This document shows positions 37,385 to 48,066 of a stretch of DNA of 64,000 nt, in pieces. Made by a program: the position numbers and the translations under genes. Where the stretch lies: IMG/VR virus record IMGVR_UViG_3300030090_003629, positions 1,666 through 65,665 of that record, one strand, 5' to 3'. How positions within the stretch are numbered: position 1 is the first letter of the stretch; each line of letters begins with the position of its first letter. Source of the DNA: a virus. Taxonomy: Duplodnaviria > Caudoviricetes. The notes beneath the pieces were generated by a model that worked only from the letters and a program-made list of their open reading frames with translations, did not search any database and had not been told where the DNA came from.

Positions 37385-38441
37385 GGCTTAATTGCATTTT
37401 ATGTGTATCGTCCATTCCGTCATTTATAACTTCAGGGACTGTTTTTAATGTTGTATTAATTTCTATCTGTAAAATTCTTTGAATTAAATCTCCAATATAA
37501 TCTGTTCCAATAGGATAATCGTGACCATCATCACTCCATTCTTTTGGACCTAACGACCATTGAAAACCTCGCATTTCAACAATTCTTGTAGGATCTTTTA
37601 ATAAAAAATTTCCTTGTGATTCATACTGCCAATACACTTTATCATTAGTAAATTCCATATCCCCTCCTAAATAGTTTGGAGATACATCTAAATTATTAAA
37701 TTGTAGATGATCATAATTAGCTGGATCAATATTTTTTTCATGTAAATAAGTTGGACTACTATGATTAAAAAATTTATTATGTTGACTTTGCTGTAACAAA
37801 CTTCTTGTTGTTTTGTGTAATTTTATAGGAAAATTAGTGTACCCTGTAGATGCCTCATCATCTTGTGTGACTGGATCATCAACATGATATGCAATCCTTT
37901 TTACAGTAATATTTTTTACTTGTATATCGTTTTTTAAATTTAATAAAACTGGAACTCTAAATGTATATCTTCCTTTATTTCTTAATTGTCTTGTATCTAT
38001 CCCTTGTTTTTGTATACCGTACGTACTACGAGAAAACGCGTCTGCATAGCTTTGCTTAAAAACATCAGTATCTAAACCTACAATTAAACTAGAATACGGT
38101 ATAAACCTACCTGTTAGTTCTCCAGTAGATGTTTTTTTTGGAGTGTAAGTCAAAATCCCATCTGTTATAGCAGGTTTGGCTGTGTTATTGTCTACTGCAT
38201 TATTGTAATTACTTATATACGACTGCACGTCACCATAAGAACTACTATATGTTGTTAAATATGATCTTTGATAAAAATCATCTATATTTTGATTTTTTTG
38301 TACAAGCTCGTTTATTATTTTTGCTCTGTGATAATGTATCCAAAATTTTATTTGACTGTCTGACATTGTGCTTTCTACACCTGTCTTACCTCCATAAGCT
38401 AAATTTTTAATATTGTAAACTAGTTCATTTAAAGTAACCAT
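37362..38441 (-). CDS. putative tail ring/adaptor protein
   Basis: TLNELVYNI..QIKFWIHYHRAKII and a D...YPI terminus; synteny with the crAss ring proteins. Confidence 0.65.
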   Translation of the reverse strand: MVTLNELVYNIKNLAYGGKTGVESTMSDSQIKFWIHYHRAKIINELVQKNQNIDDFYQRSYLTTYSSSYGDVQSYISNYNNAVDNNTAKPAITDGILTYTPKKTSTGELTGRFIPYSSLIVGLDTDVFKQSYADAFSRSTYGIQKQGIDTRQLRNKGRYTFRVPVLLNLKNDIQVKNITVKRIAYHVDDPVTQDDEASTGYTNFPIKLHKTTRSLLQQSQHNKFFNHSSPTYLHEKNIDPANYDHLQFNNLDVSPNYLGGDMEFTNDKVYWQYESQGNFLLKDPTRIVEMRGFQWSLGPKEWSDDGHDYPIGTDYIGDLIQRILQIEINTTLKTVPEVINDGMDDTHKMQLSRGSQVQR

Positions 38442-38463
38442 AAGGTAAAATTTTAGATTATTA

Positions 38464-38471
38464 CAAAATTA
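38464..38471 (-). promoter_or_regulatory. Bacteroidetes-type -7 promoter element (TAATTTTG)
   Basis: Intergenic TAnnTTTG upstream of the ATG at 38441. Confidence 0.55.
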
Positions 38472-38494
38472 ATTAATTTTTATTTATTAAACAA

Positions 38495-38530
38495 AAATAG
38501 GCATTGACTATTTCTAGTCGCAACCTATTC
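38495..38530 (-). terminator. hairpin followed by U-tract (probable intrinsic terminator)
   Basis: AATAGG..GACTA-TTTC-TAGTC..CCTATT; GAAA loop on the minus strand, then TTTTTG. Confidence 0.55.
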
Positions 38531-38563
38531 TTGCAGCCAGGGAGCAAAAGACCTTTATATTCT

Positions 38564-39430
38564 TTACATCTGTGACTCAATTTGTTTTGTCTGATATTTT
38601 GGATCTTCAACATTTGCAGACATTTTTCTTACGGCTAATTGTACCAATTTTTTTCTATAATGATTATTAAATGCAGCCCTCGTTAAAGTTTGTGCATTTC
38701 CAGAAGTAAAAAATGGTTCATCTGAAAATACATCTTCAACATCAGGTAATGATAAATATTGTACAAGTACAGATTTTATATTTATATTTGTATACTCATC
38801 AAACATTATTCTATTTCCTATATAATAATAACCAGCATCTTGCTGTGTATCTTTTTTTACAAATGGATCATTGCTGTTTATTAAGTCATATCCTTCTTTT
38901 ATGTCTAGCGCTTTTGCGTTTACTTTATCTGTTTTTATATCATCTATAGTTAATCCGCCCCTTACTAAACCTGTTGTTGGATCTATTAACTCTCTAAAAT
39001 TATATTTTACAATTTGTATTGATAGAAGATACAAAAACTTTTTGGGTAAAACTAATTCATTTCCATAAGCAAAATGCGGCATGTTATCAACATTAGGGCC
39101 GTCAGGATCAGTAAGTTGTGAATTAGGTATAACAACACCTGCAGAATCGTAAATACCATCAGACTTGTATTTATTAGATAATCTATTATAACCTTGAAAA
39201 TAACCACCACTAGCTATATCTGCATTTGTTAACTCAAATCTTCTATACACAGTTAAACCACTTAAAGCTTTTCTAGCATCTTCATTAATACTCATTTTTG
39301 CATAATTTGTATTTATAAATTCAGATATAGCTAAAGATAAAAACTTATGTTTTTCTTCATTAGTAAAATATGGCTTGTCTGCTCTGTCAAGCAACATATC
39401 CATATATTCAAAAGCTTCTTGTAGATTCAT
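38564..39430 (-). CDS. putative head-tail ring protein
   Basis: LLDRADKPYFTNEEKHKFLSLAI and LVQLAVRKM; synteny downstream of the MCP. Confidence 0.65.
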   Translation of the reverse strand: MNLQEAFEYMDMLLDRADKPYFTNEEKHKFLSLAISEFINTNYAKMSINEDARKALSGLTVYRRFELTNADIASGGYFQGYNRLSNKYKSDGIYDSAGVVIPNSQLTDPDGPNVDNMPHFAYGNELVLPKKFLYLLSIQIVKYNFRELIDPTTGLVRGGLTIDDIKTDKVNAKALDIKEGYDLINSNDPFVKKDTQQDAGYYYIGNRIMFDEYTNINIKSVLVQYLSLPDVEDVFSDEPFFTSGNAQTLTRAAFNNHYRKKLVQLAVRKMSANVEDPKYQTKQIESQM

Positions 39431-39437
39431 ATATTAT

Positions 39438-40211
39438 TTAACTTTTAGACGGTTTTTTAGTAAACCAACCTCCTCGGTTTTTAGCTTCTATTTCTTTTTC
39501 TATTGCGCTCACACCTTCGCTAACAACCATGTCTGAAGTATCAATTTTTTTATTTTGCTCTTTTTTTGGAGCAACCCCATTACGTAATTGATTTTTCATA
39601 ACAGCATATACTTCTGGATTATCTTTAAGCCAAGCTATAGCATGCTCATCAGATATTCCTAACGTATAATTATTATGTTTCCATACGTCATTTACTTTTT
39701 GTATAACTTTACCCTCTAATGCTTTCTTTAAAAATACACGATAAGATTTATCTGCATCATTATATATTTCTAAAAATTTATCAGGAGTTGATCCTGCCAT
39801 TTGTATTAATTTTGCTTTTATAATTCCATTGTCAAAACCTTCGCCTATACCAAATAATTTTACTAAATCTTTTAGTTCGTTATCTTTTATTGCAGTTGCA
39901 ACTTGTATAGCCTCAGCAGCTTTTAACATTCCTTCTGCCTTTTTTTCTATGTTAGCTTTAGTATCAACTAACTCATAGTGTTTGTTTTGTAATATAAACG
40001 GATGTTCTAATAAAAATTCATATACCCTTCTATCAAACTCATCGTCTATATCTAGTGTGGTAAATGCGTCATACATTTCCCATCCATCAATAGGTAAATC
40101 ATCTGGATTTAACAATACTGATCTTTTACCGTTTGGTCTTGTGTAAGATCCAAACTTTACATAAGAAAACCTTTTTGTGTCTTTTGCTTTTACATAAATT
40201 AAATGTGCCAT
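39438..40211 (-). CDS. conserved crAss-like morphogenesis protein downstream of the MCP
   Basis: P.KFL......FLKKALEGKVI...LG.....AIAWLKD pattern; synteny. Confidence 0.6.
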   Translation of the reverse strand: MAHLIYVKAKDTKRFSYVKFGSYTRPNGKRSVLLNPDDLPIDGWEMYDAFTTLDIDDEFDRRVYEFLLEHPFILQNKHYELVDTKANIEKKAEGMLKAAEAIQVATAIKDNELKDLVKLFGIGEGFDNGIIKAKLIQMAGSTPDKFLEIYNDADKSYRVFLKKALEGKVIQKVNDVWKHNNYTLGISDEHAIAWLKDNPEVYAVMKNQLRNGVAPKKEQNKKIDTSDMVVSEGVSAIEKEIEAKNRGGWFTKKPSKS

Positions 40212-40239
40212 TTTTTTTGTTTTTAATTAATATTCCCTG

Positions 40240-40455
40240 TTACTTAATATAATATTTAGACTTTTTTGGAGTCTCTTTAAATATTCTTCTTTGTCCTTTT
40301 TCATTTGTAGATATTCTAGTTTCTGGATAACCTCTGTGTCCCCATTTTAAACCACTAGCTTTACCTATACCAAATGTATGTACTTTTTCTTCACGTAGAT
40401 CTTCTTCTTTTAACTCTACGACTTTACCTTCTCTAATTACTAATCTTGTCTTCAT
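40240..40455 (-). CDS. small basic hypothetical protein
   Basis: Start reassigned to ATG 40455 (MKTRLVIREG), just downstream of TATATTTG. Confidence 0.6.
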   Translation of the reverse strand: MKTRLVIREGKVVELKEEDLREEKVHTFGIGKASGLKWGHRGYPETRISTNEKGQRRIFKETPKKSKYYIK

Positions 40456-40459
40456 TTTA

Positions 40460-40467
40460 CAAATATA
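40460..40467 (-). promoter_or_regulatory. Bacteroidetes-type -7 promoter element (TATATTTG)
   Basis: 4 nt from the ATG; follows the hairpin GGAGGG-CTTGCA-CCCTCC (40476-40494). Confidence 0.6.
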
Positions 40468-40508
40468 AGGAATTTGGAGGGCTTGCACCCTCCGTCTTCC
40501 ATTAATTA

Positions 40509-40973
40509 TTATCCAGCAGTAGATGTTGCGTCATGAGAGCCTACACGACCGTAAGCATACCAATTTGTTCCATCAGAAACAAAATCTATAATCTCACCAC
40601 CTAAAGCAGCAGCTTCTAATGTTACAGTATCAGAAGCAGTAGTATAATTACCATCTGCACCTGAATCAGGTCCTTCAAAGTAATTTATATCATCACCAGC
40701 TGCAGAAGTAATTACAGCATCACCAGCCCCAGCAGGACTAGCTGTTGCTATAAATCTGAACCAAAGTCCAGCTTGACTTACCGCAGGTAATGTAATAGCT
40801 ACATCAGCACTACCAGAAATTGTTAAGAATACTATAGAACCACTTTCATAGTCATATAATTCTCTTGCACTTGTTGTTACTGTTATTGTTGGATAAATAT
40901 GACCTCTAAACTTAGGAAGTCTACCCTGTCCAGCATTAACAGATTTTGTTGAAATATCTAAATAATTTGCCAT
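40509..40973 (-). CDS. putative auxiliary capsid/decoration protein
   Basis: Start reassigned to ATG 40973 (MANYLDISTK); ITLPA..AGLWFRF and SDGTNWY motifs; directly after the MCP. Confidence 0.65.
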   Translation of the reverse strand: MANYLDISTKSVNAGQGRLPKFRGHIYPTITVTTSARELYDYESGSIVFLTISGSADVAITLPAVSQAGLWFRFIATASPAGAGDAVITSAAGDDINYFEGPDSGADGNYTTASDTVTLEAAALGGEIIDFVSDGTNWYAYGRVGSHDATSTAG

Positions 40974-40989
40974 TTTTATTTTTTTAGGC

Positions 40990-41019
40990 GATATTGGGAG
41001 GCCGAAGCCTCCCGCTATC
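40990..41019 (-). terminator. UUCG hairpin after the major capsid gene
   Basis: GGGAGGC-CGAA-GCCTCCC (C-UUCG-G on the minus strand); no U-tract, so it may be a stabilizer or attenuator. Confidence 0.55.
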
Positions 41020-41035
41020 AAATTATTAACTTAGT

Positions 41036-42538
41036 TTACGAAGCAGATAATATACCGCAAGAAAGTGGATTTCTTACAATAATACCTGATTCAGATAATA
41101 CGTGACATTGGAATCTGTCATCACCATTAGCAGCCATCATTGATTTAGTATCGTAAGGATTTACCATACCTCCAATGTATTTCTTAACTAATGAACGATT
41201 AATTCCTCCTGCACCTTTAGTAATTAACTCTACGTTAGAAACACCAGATGTAGTTCCGAAATCCATAAATACCATCTTCATAGATTCTTTTAATCTGTTA
41301 TCTCCAAATGAGTTTGTACCAGCAGTAGCGCCATGTACATGCGGATCATCAAATACTGGACAATATGCAATAGTAATTTTGTTACCTAATGCATAGTAAG
41401 ATGTAAAGTTACCACCTAATGATATATCAGAACCAGCCTGAATATCTGCCATAGAACCACCTGTCATAGATCCTGCTGGAGCTACAATCATGTCTTTCAT
41501 AGCTTTGTGGAAAGCAATTCTACCTTCAGTTCCTGTAAATACAACCCACTCATTACCTTCAGCACCTTGTGCATTTAAAGATATTTTACCAATAAATTCA
41601 GTAATAATATCCTCAGTTAATGTACCTGCTGAATATGAAGCTTGGTTAGAAGAGCTTATTTGCTCTAATACACCATCACCAATAGTCATTCCACCATTAG
41701 TTGTTGTGTAAGCTGATCTTGTAGAACCATCATCATAAGTACCTGTTACAGATTCACCTAATATATCAGTGTTTGTTTCAGAGTAGTTTGTTGCAGCTGT
41801 TGCTACAGAAGTTTGTCCGTACCATCTTTGCAATTCTTGCTCATACATAAACTGATCCATCATTTGTTGCTCTTTTGTGAAGTACCAAAGTCTTTGACCA
41901 TTATTTTCAATCCATGTTACATCAGTGGCATCCTTACCAGTGATTGTACATTTCTTTCTCATAATTGTCATAAAGTTCTTATAAGTGTCTGGATAAGCAA
42001 AGTTTTCACCTACTTCAGCACCTGTAGAACCATAAGGAAAAGCAGATCCAATTCTACCTACAACATTACCAGCAGTGTTATCAGCTGCTGTAATAGCAGT
42101 GATAGCCTCTAGTTCATATGCGTTTGTAGATGGATCAGATATTACTAATGCAGTACCTCCTGATGGAAATCTAATTACATCAAATTTATTTAAAGTATCT
42201 TCTGCACCACCACCAGACGAAGATTCAAATTTAATACCTGTAACTTTTGATCCTGCAGCAGCAGCACCACCAGCACCGTTTGTTGCATCAGTACCGTGTG
42301 TTTGAATCATTGTTTTTCTGTTTAGACGATTCATTACTTTCCATTCGTATGAACTGTCTCCTAGAACTTTTTCAGCTGCAAATCTTCTAGTTCTTTCTAA
42401 AAGATAAGTCATTGAATATCGTGGGTAAAGCGATATAAGAGTTCTAGCTATTTCTGGATATTGTAACAAGTTTGCGTTTAATGCATTCGCAGCCGTTGTT
42501 CCTCTTCCATACGTACCCGTTTTAGTTATTACCGACAT
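41036..42538 (-). CDS. major capsid protein (crAss-like, HK97 fold)
   Basis: 500 aa; YEWKVM, N.MTIMRK...ITG, GDGVLEQI, TGTEG...F, HVLSESGIIVRNP; order portal-scaffold-MCP. Confidence 0.85.
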   Translation of the reverse strand: MSVITKTGTYGRGTTAANALNANLLQYPEIARTLISLYPRYSMTYLLERTRRFAAEKVLGDSSYEWKVMNRLNRKTMIQTHGTDATNGAGGAAAAGSKVTGIKFESSSGGGAEDTLNKFDVIRFPSGGTALVISDPSTNAYELEAITAITAADNTAGNVVGRIGSAFPYGSTGAEVGENFAYPDTYKNFMTIMRKKCTITGKDATDVTWIENNGQRLWYFTKEQQMMDQFMYEQELQRWYGQTSVATAATNYSETNTDILGESVTGTYDDGSTRSAYTTTNGGMTIGDGVLEQISSSNQASYSAGTLTEDIITEFIGKISLNAQGAEGNEWVVFTGTEGRIAFHKAMKDMIVAPAGSMTGGSMADIQAGSDISLGGNFTSYYALGNKITIAYCPVFDDPHVHGATAGTNSFGDNRLKESMKMVFMDFGTTSGVSNVELITKGAGGINRSLVKKYIGGMVNPYDTKSMMAANGDDRFQCHVLSESGIIVRNPLSCGILSAS

Positions 42539-42622
42539 TTTTTTATTCTTTATTAATTAAACATTATACTATTTGTTCAATTAACTTTCAACCATGAGCA
42601 GACTTTGTCTTACTATATAAGC

Positions 42623-43678
42623 TTACTCGCTTATGAACGCTTTTGGATCAAACTTGCCTGTCTTCACTTTGAAGTTAGACTTGCTTTTTCCTGTGTTAAG
42701 ACTTGGTGAGACTATGCTATCCATGATAGCGGCTTTGCCGTCTTCTAAGCCTTGTGAACGAAGAATTTTTTCTATTTGCTTACGATATAACATAAACATT
42801 GCAACTTCAGCAACATTGGCGTGACTTGCATAAATGTCCTTCATCATATTGTTTGTAGCATAACGATAAACTTCTTCTTTCTGTTTTTTCGTTACTTTTC
42901 CGCCCATAAACTCATTCATGTTTTTTATTTCATTTTTTAAATCTGTTCTTGCTTGCTCTTTTTGTTGTTGTTGCTGTGCCTGCTTTTGCTCTTCTTGTTT
43001 TTTAGACTGACTTACCTGTTGATCTATTGCATTATTTAAAACTCTTCTAATGCTTTTAGCTTTCATCTTCATCATTCCGTTATCTTCTAACTTGTCTAAA
43101 GATTCTTCTATTTCAGACTCTTCAATTCCATCAGCCTTTAGTTCTTCTGCAACTAAATCTCTGTCAGAAAAGCTTAGATAATTTCTTAACTCTGCTACTT
43201 GACTATTTGGTGTAGATTGTTGTGTTTGTAGTTTTTGTAATTCTTGTGAATAAGAATTTAAAACATTTACAAATTCATCTCTTGTATTAATTTCTATTCC
43301 TAACTCTTTACCAACTTTAGCCCAAGTTAAAGCTTCTTCTTTTGTAGGAGCTTCTTCTTTTTTTTCTTCCTTACCTTCCCAGTTGTAATCGTCTTCTTCT
43401 TTTACTTCTTCTTCTTTTTCATTTGCAGCCTCCCAAGACCAACCATCTTCTTCTTCTTTTTGTTCTTCTGTCTCAGTTTTTTCTTCGCCTTGTTTTTCTT
43501 CTTGTGTTTCTTCTTGTGTTTCTTCTTGTGTCTCTGTAGAGCCTTCAGTTTCTTCTTCTTTAGCTATTTCACCATAATTATCTTCTGTAAATGCTAAAGG
43601 ATTAAACCCTTCTTTAATTTCATTTGTTTCTGTAGATTCAACTACTTCATCTACTAATTTACTTTCTTCTTTTGCCAT
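42623..43678 (-). CDS. putative capsid scaffolding protein
   Basis: Very acidic N-terminus with ETQE repeats, coiled coil, located between portal and MCP. Confidence 0.7.
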   Translation of the reverse strand: MAKEESKLVDEVVESTETNEIKEGFNPLAFTEDNYGEIAKEEETEGSTETQEETQEETQEEKQGEEKTETEEQKEEEDGWSWEAANEKEEEVKEEDDYNWEGKEEKKEEAPTKEEALTWAKVGKELGIEINTRDEFVNVLNSYSQELQKLQTQQSTPNSQVAELRNYLSFSDRDLVAEELKADGIEESEIEESLDKLEDNGMMKMKAKSIRRVLNNAIDQQVSQSKKQEEQKQAQQQQQKEQARTDLKNEIKNMNEFMGGKVTKKQKEEVYRYATNNMMKDIYASHANVAEVAMFMLYRKQIEKILRSQGLEDGKAAIMDSIVSPSLNTGKSKSNFKVKTGKFDPKAFISE

Positions 43679-43715
43679 TTTAAATTTTTTTGTTAATTAT
43701 TCCCTAGTTTATTTG

Positions 43716-43723
43716 CAAATATA
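43716..43723 (-). promoter_or_regulatory. Bacteroidetes-type -7 promoter element (TATATTTG) for scaffold-MCP
   Basis: Intergenic TAnnTTTGC. Confidence 0.65.
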
Positions 43724-43734
43724 CAAATATTTTA

Positions 43735-46038
43735 TTATACCTTTTCAGCTGCTCTTTTCAAATCATCACTTGTTGTAGTGATTCCTTGCTCTTTTGCTCT
43801 ATTATTACCTTCTTCTGCTTTTTCCTCTTCTTTGTTTTTTCTATCAATGTAATAATCAGCAGCTTTATTATCTCTAGCATTACGCTCTTTAGTATCATGC
43901 AAATCTCTTTCAACATCTGCTTGCAGTTTAGCAACCTCTAATCTAGACTCTGCGCCTATCTGAGCAACTTGTAGTTTAGCATCATTATCAAGTTTTTTAA
44001 GTTGCGCTTCTGCTTCAAACTTAGCTTGTTCAGCTTGAGCTTGTGCTTGTTGTGCTTGCATTTGCTCTTGCATTGTTTGTTGCTGTTGTTTTTGCATTTC
44101 CGACATAGCTTGTTCTAAAACTTTTTCAGCTTCAGTCATAGTATCTGCTCTTAACACTTTTATAACACCTAAAAGATCAACACTACCTGCTTGTAATGCT
44201 GCTTGTGCTAATTGCTGCACTACTTGTTTCATAGAATCGTCTTTACCGCTATCTCCAACATAAACACCATAATCTTGCAAAGCAATATCAGGCATTACAT
44301 TTAAAAATTTGTATGCGCCATCTCCTAATATCATACCTGCCTTTTTACCACCAGCCCAACACACTTTCATTAAGTTGCATAATCTTTCTAATACTCTTTG
44401 CTTTACTTCTCCGTGAGAATAAAACCAACTTTCTGTTATTGTAGAAGATTGAACAACACTTCTTTGTACATTTCCTACATATTCATACTGTCCTACAGCT
44501 CCCTCTCTTTGTCTTGTAACACCAGATATTTGTCCAGCCATATCTTCTAGCATTACTTTTAAATTTATCAACTGTTGCACTGATTGTGATAAAGTAAAAT
44601 CAATTTGTTGAAACTGATTAAAGCTACTCATTTGATTACCTTCGTCTTTTGAGTTTATTGGTATAATACCATCTGTTTTTAAATGATATAAAACTTGTTG
44701 TATGTCCATACCAACATTTGTAGGTAGTTGTGACACATCATATACTACCGCCTTACCTCCAGAACGAGCCATTGCTAATTCTATTTGATAAACCACAATA
44801 TTGTAAAGCATTTGTATATTATCAAGCAAATCTACCATAGACGCGGGCGCGCCTGCAGTATTACCTTTTATACAGCCTACGTATGATAAAGGAGTTTTTC
44901 CTGGGTCGTCTACACTTCTAACCTGATTGTCTCTACGTCTAGCATTTACTAGTATTTTACCACCAATCATTGTAGCTTCCCATATATCATCCACCCATTT
45001 AGTTTGTATATTCTCTCCTTTTCTTTTCTTATATGTATCTTTAACCATTTTCCTAAATGGCCTGTCTGGATCATATTTATTTTCAGACAATTTAAACTTA
45101 ATAGCTCTTAATGATTTCCATTCTGCTGATACAACTCTAATTCTAGTTTCTCTACCGTAACCTACGTCAATCCAATCAAATCCTGAATTATAATTATCTA
45201 TATCTCCTCCAGCATATGCGCTACGCATTTTATCTAACTCTAACAAATCATCAGTGGTTAGACTATCTTTATATTCGTCATTTATTTCGTTTATAGATAA
45301 CCATCTTTCTTCACCCACCCAACACGCATCATCTAAATAGTCAGAATGTGAACTCTCATCAAATATTATGTTTCTAGGATCTATTCTTCTTACGTATGGA
45401 TCACCATTTTGTATACTAATCTTAAAAAATTCTTTAGAAGTTACAAGTAAATCTCTAAAGCCTTCTTTAAAAACATCTTTAAGATTATATCTATTAGAAA
45501 TATATTCTAAACCATCTTGTGCAGTTTCTTCTATCATTTCACGATAGTTATATTTCATATAAGTTTCTATATCTTCTGGCACAGGCATTCCTTGACCTTC
45601 ATCTAATACGTCTATGTTCATTTGTTCACGTATTTCGTTATGAAAATCGTTTAAAAGCTCTCTCATCATTAAGCCTACCTTATGATCATGTTTTCTAATA
45701 ACAGCATCTTTATTTACCGTTGTAACCTTCATGTCTACAGGCCTTCTAATTTCTTCTCCTATAAGTAAATCAACTTTAGGAGTAATTATTGGGTAGTTTA
45801 CCAATCTAGCAGGATATGTTAGTCCATACTGCTCTGTAATGTATTTGTAATCTGATTGATTTAATACACCATTGTATATTTGATAATTTCTAATGTCTTT
45901 AGTTCTAGAAGATGAATATGCTCCGTCTTCTATACCCATATAACTCACAATAGCGTGCAATACTTGTTCGCACCACTCTTGTGTTTTTTCTTTTTCTGCA
46001 ACTACCATTGAAGGCATTGATGAATACTTTTTCTTCAT
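43735..46038 (-). CDS. portal protein
   Basis: 767 aa; NYPIITPKVDLLIGEE, ISGVTRQREG; Gln-rich coiled-coil C-terminus; follows TerL. Confidence 0.88.
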   Translation of the reverse strand: MKKKYSSMPSMVVAEKEKTQEWCEQVLHAIVSYMGIEDGAYSSSRTKDIRNYQIYNGVLNQSDYKYITEQYGLTYPARLVNYPIITPKVDLLIGEEIRRPVDMKVTTVNKDAVIRKHDHKVGLMMRELLNDFHNEIREQMNIDVLDEGQGMPVPEDIETYMKYNYREMIEETAQDGLEYISNRYNLKDVFKEGFRDLLVTSKEFFKISIQNGDPYVRRIDPRNIIFDESSHSDYLDDACWVGEERWLSINEINDEYKDSLTTDDLLELDKMRSAYAGGDIDNYNSGFDWIDVGYGRETRIRVVSAEWKSLRAIKFKLSENKYDPDRPFRKMVKDTYKKRKGENIQTKWVDDIWEATMIGGKILVNARRRDNQVRSVDDPGKTPLSYVGCIKGNTAGAPASMVDLLDNIQMLYNIVVYQIELAMARSGGKAVVYDVSQLPTNVGMDIQQVLYHLKTDGIIPINSKDEGNQMSSFNQFQQIDFTLSQSVQQLINLKVMLEDMAGQISGVTRQREGAVGQYEYVGNVQRSVVQSSTITESWFYSHGEVKQRVLERLCNLMKVCWAGGKKAGMILGDGAYKFLNVMPDIALQDYGVYVGDSGKDDSMKQVVQQLAQAALQAGSVDLLGVIKVLRADTMTEAEKVLEQAMSEMQKQQQQTMQEQMQAQQAQAQAEQAKFEAEAQLKKLDNDAKLQVAQIGAESRLEVAKLQADVERDLHDTKERNARDNKAADYYIDRKNKEEEKAEEGNNRAKEQGITTTSDDLKRAAEKV

Positions 46039-46040
46039 AA

Positions 46041-47855
46041 TTATTTAATTTCTATAGGTATACCATTATACCCCATTTTATAATATTTAAATCCTATGTC
46101 TTTTACTTTTTCTTTTATTGATGCTTGCATCCTATAATTGTCAATATTGTGTATTAAACATAATCCAAAAGCTATAGCACGGTCTGTATTTTGCAATCCG
46201 TAATTAGCTAGCTCATCTATTAAATCTAAAAACCATATATCTTCTATATTTTCTCTTATATAGTCGTCTATTAAATCTTCTAACAAGGCTTTCACTTGTT
46301 TATTCATATGCACACCATATCTATTTCTAGTTTTTGTACCAGGGTTGTGTGCAGACTCTGGTTTTTCTTTTAAATATTTTAACGCATTCATACGTTTAAA
46401 ATAATCTAATATTCCTATCTTTGTATACTCTACCAGCATCTTAGAGTTGTAGTATACCGCTAGCTTTAAACATCCGTCCCAAAAATCTTCTTTTTTATTA
46501 GGACGATCCGTATATTCTGCAACTACATAATCGCTTGGTATTTCTGTATTTGCAAATCTACGATAAATTATTGCACTACCCAAAGAATCTGACGCTCCAG
46601 CTTCATCTTGATCATAAGAATCAATACCGCCTATGTCTAAATTTTTATATTCTGGCATAGGATGTGATAATATTTTGTATGGTCCTTCTGGGTGAGGCCT
46701 CCACCTTACTACTGGCTCTTCTTCTCCTAGCTCCCAATCTAGATAGCCTCTTTGTATTTGACTTCTATGGTCTTTACTAGACAATATTCTTGATCTTTGT
46801 GCGTTTAATAATGATATATCAAACCTTGCTGAATGAGTGTTTAGAAATGCTTCTTCTATTGTTAGCGGATAGTTTTGTATATGTAGATTATAAGCTTCAT
46901 TATCTCCAGAGCTTTGTATGTCTTCTCTATCTGATATTAATTTTTCTTTAGCCCCTTTCTCATCTTCCACTCCAGTTTTAATATCAAAGAATCCGTAATA
47001 AGCTTTAGAGGCAGGTATAAATATTGGTATTAAATTATATGCGTCTGCACTGTAATACATATCCATAAAATCTTTACTTGCTTTTGATATGTCACCTCCT
47101 GTTCCTCCAACTATTGGTACTCCAAACTGTATGTCACCATCCATAAAACAAGCTTTAGATGACATGTATGCATTTTTTAATTTTTTAAACTCACCAGCCT
47201 CTTCAAATACCATTAAAGACACACGCTCACCTTTAAATACTTCTGGATTGTCCATTGTTCTACAAATAATAGTAGACTGATAACCTCCTATCTCCCACTT
47301 ACCATCTTTGTTTTTTTGTTTATAGCCTGAACGCATTATACCATCTGTATCTTTCAAAACTGAGTGTTTAAAGTTAGGATGTATACCGTTTAAACCTTTT
47401 TTTGTTTTATCAAAGAACGCGTCTGCCGTTGCTTGTAATCCTGCGGCTACACCCACGTCATTGAAAGGAAAAAACGTATATTCATGAGCCACTGCTCCAG
47501 AGTTCATGTATGAAAAACCTTTATCTCTGGCTTTTATAACTATCATACCCTTACCTTCCTTTTTACAGGTCTCTATAGTATCAAAATATTCATGATCCAT
47601 AGCTCTATACCACGGATGTATAAGAGTTTTACGATTTCCAGAAGTTCCATCATTACCTAATATTTTATAATAGTTTAAATAAAAATAATACTTACCAGAT
47701 ATTTTTTTCATGCCTTTTGGCTTGTATCCTTCTATACATCTTCTTGTTTCTTGAGCCCAGTATTCTTCATAAGCAACAGAATCAGGATTTAACTCAGGAT
47801 GTCCGTTGTTAGGTACAGGCCTATATCTTTGTGGATCAAATTTTATCTTACCCAT
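46041..47855 (-). CDS. terL: terminase large subunit
   Basis: Walker A KARDKGFSY, Walker B MVFEEAG, GGTGG coupling motif, nuclease GGIDSYD and TDRAIA. Confidence 0.93.
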   Translation of the reverse strand: MGKIKFDPQRYRPVPNNGHPELNPDSVAYEEYWAQETRRCIEGYKPKGMKKISGKYYFYLNYYKILGNDGTSGNRKTLIHPWYRAMDHEYFDTIETCKKEGKGMIVIKARDKGFSYMNSGAVAHEYTFFPFNDVGVAAGLQATADAFFDKTKKGLNGIHPNFKHSVLKDTDGIMRSGYKQKNKDGKWEIGGYQSTIICRTMDNPEVFKGERVSLMVFEEAGEFKKLKNAYMSSKACFMDGDIQFGVPIVGGTGGDISKASKDFMDMYYSADAYNLIPIFIPASKAYYGFFDIKTGVEDEKGAKEKLISDREDIQSSGDNEAYNLHIQNYPLTIEEAFLNTHSARFDISLLNAQRSRILSSKDHRSQIQRGYLDWELGEEEPVVRWRPHPEGPYKILSHPMPEYKNLDIGGIDSYDQDEAGASDSLGSAIIYRRFANTEIPSDYVVAEYTDRPNKKEDFWDGCLKLAVYYNSKMLVEYTKIGILDYFKRMNALKYLKEKPESAHNPGTKTRNRYGVHMNKQVKALLEDLIDDYIRENIEDIWFLDLIDELANYGLQNTDRAIAFGLCLIHNIDNYRMQASIKEKVKDIGFKYYKMGYNGIPIEIK

Positions 47856-48066
47856 ACTTTATTTTTTTTACCTTACCTAAACCGTACATTCCTAAATTCT
47901 TTTCTTTTGACTGTTCTTTTTTATGAAACCTATCTCTCAAATCAATACGATGTAACTTTAATGACAAATCATTATAATACTCAGCTCTTTCAAAATCTAA
48001 TTTTTTAAAATTTTTTTTATAAGAGTCGTATAAGTATTGTAAATCGTACTTTCTTTTTTTAGCCAT
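47848..48066 (-). CDS. small basic hypothetical protein
   Basis: 72-aa ORF overlapping both neighbours. Confidence 0.6.
   Translation of the reverse strand: MAKKRKYDLQYLYDSYKKNFKKLDFERAEYYNDLSLKLHRIDLRDRFHKKEQSKEKNLGMYGLGKVKKIKYG

Noticed and set aside
43495-43535. 12-bp tandem repeat in the scaffold gene
   Set aside because: Encodes ETQE low-complexity acidic linker; unremarkable
46041-47855. Introns or inteins in TerL, DnaB or the RNAP
   Set aside because: TerL and DnaB are of ordinary length and uninterrupted; no LAGLIDADG/HNH ORFs or intein C..HN junctions noticed
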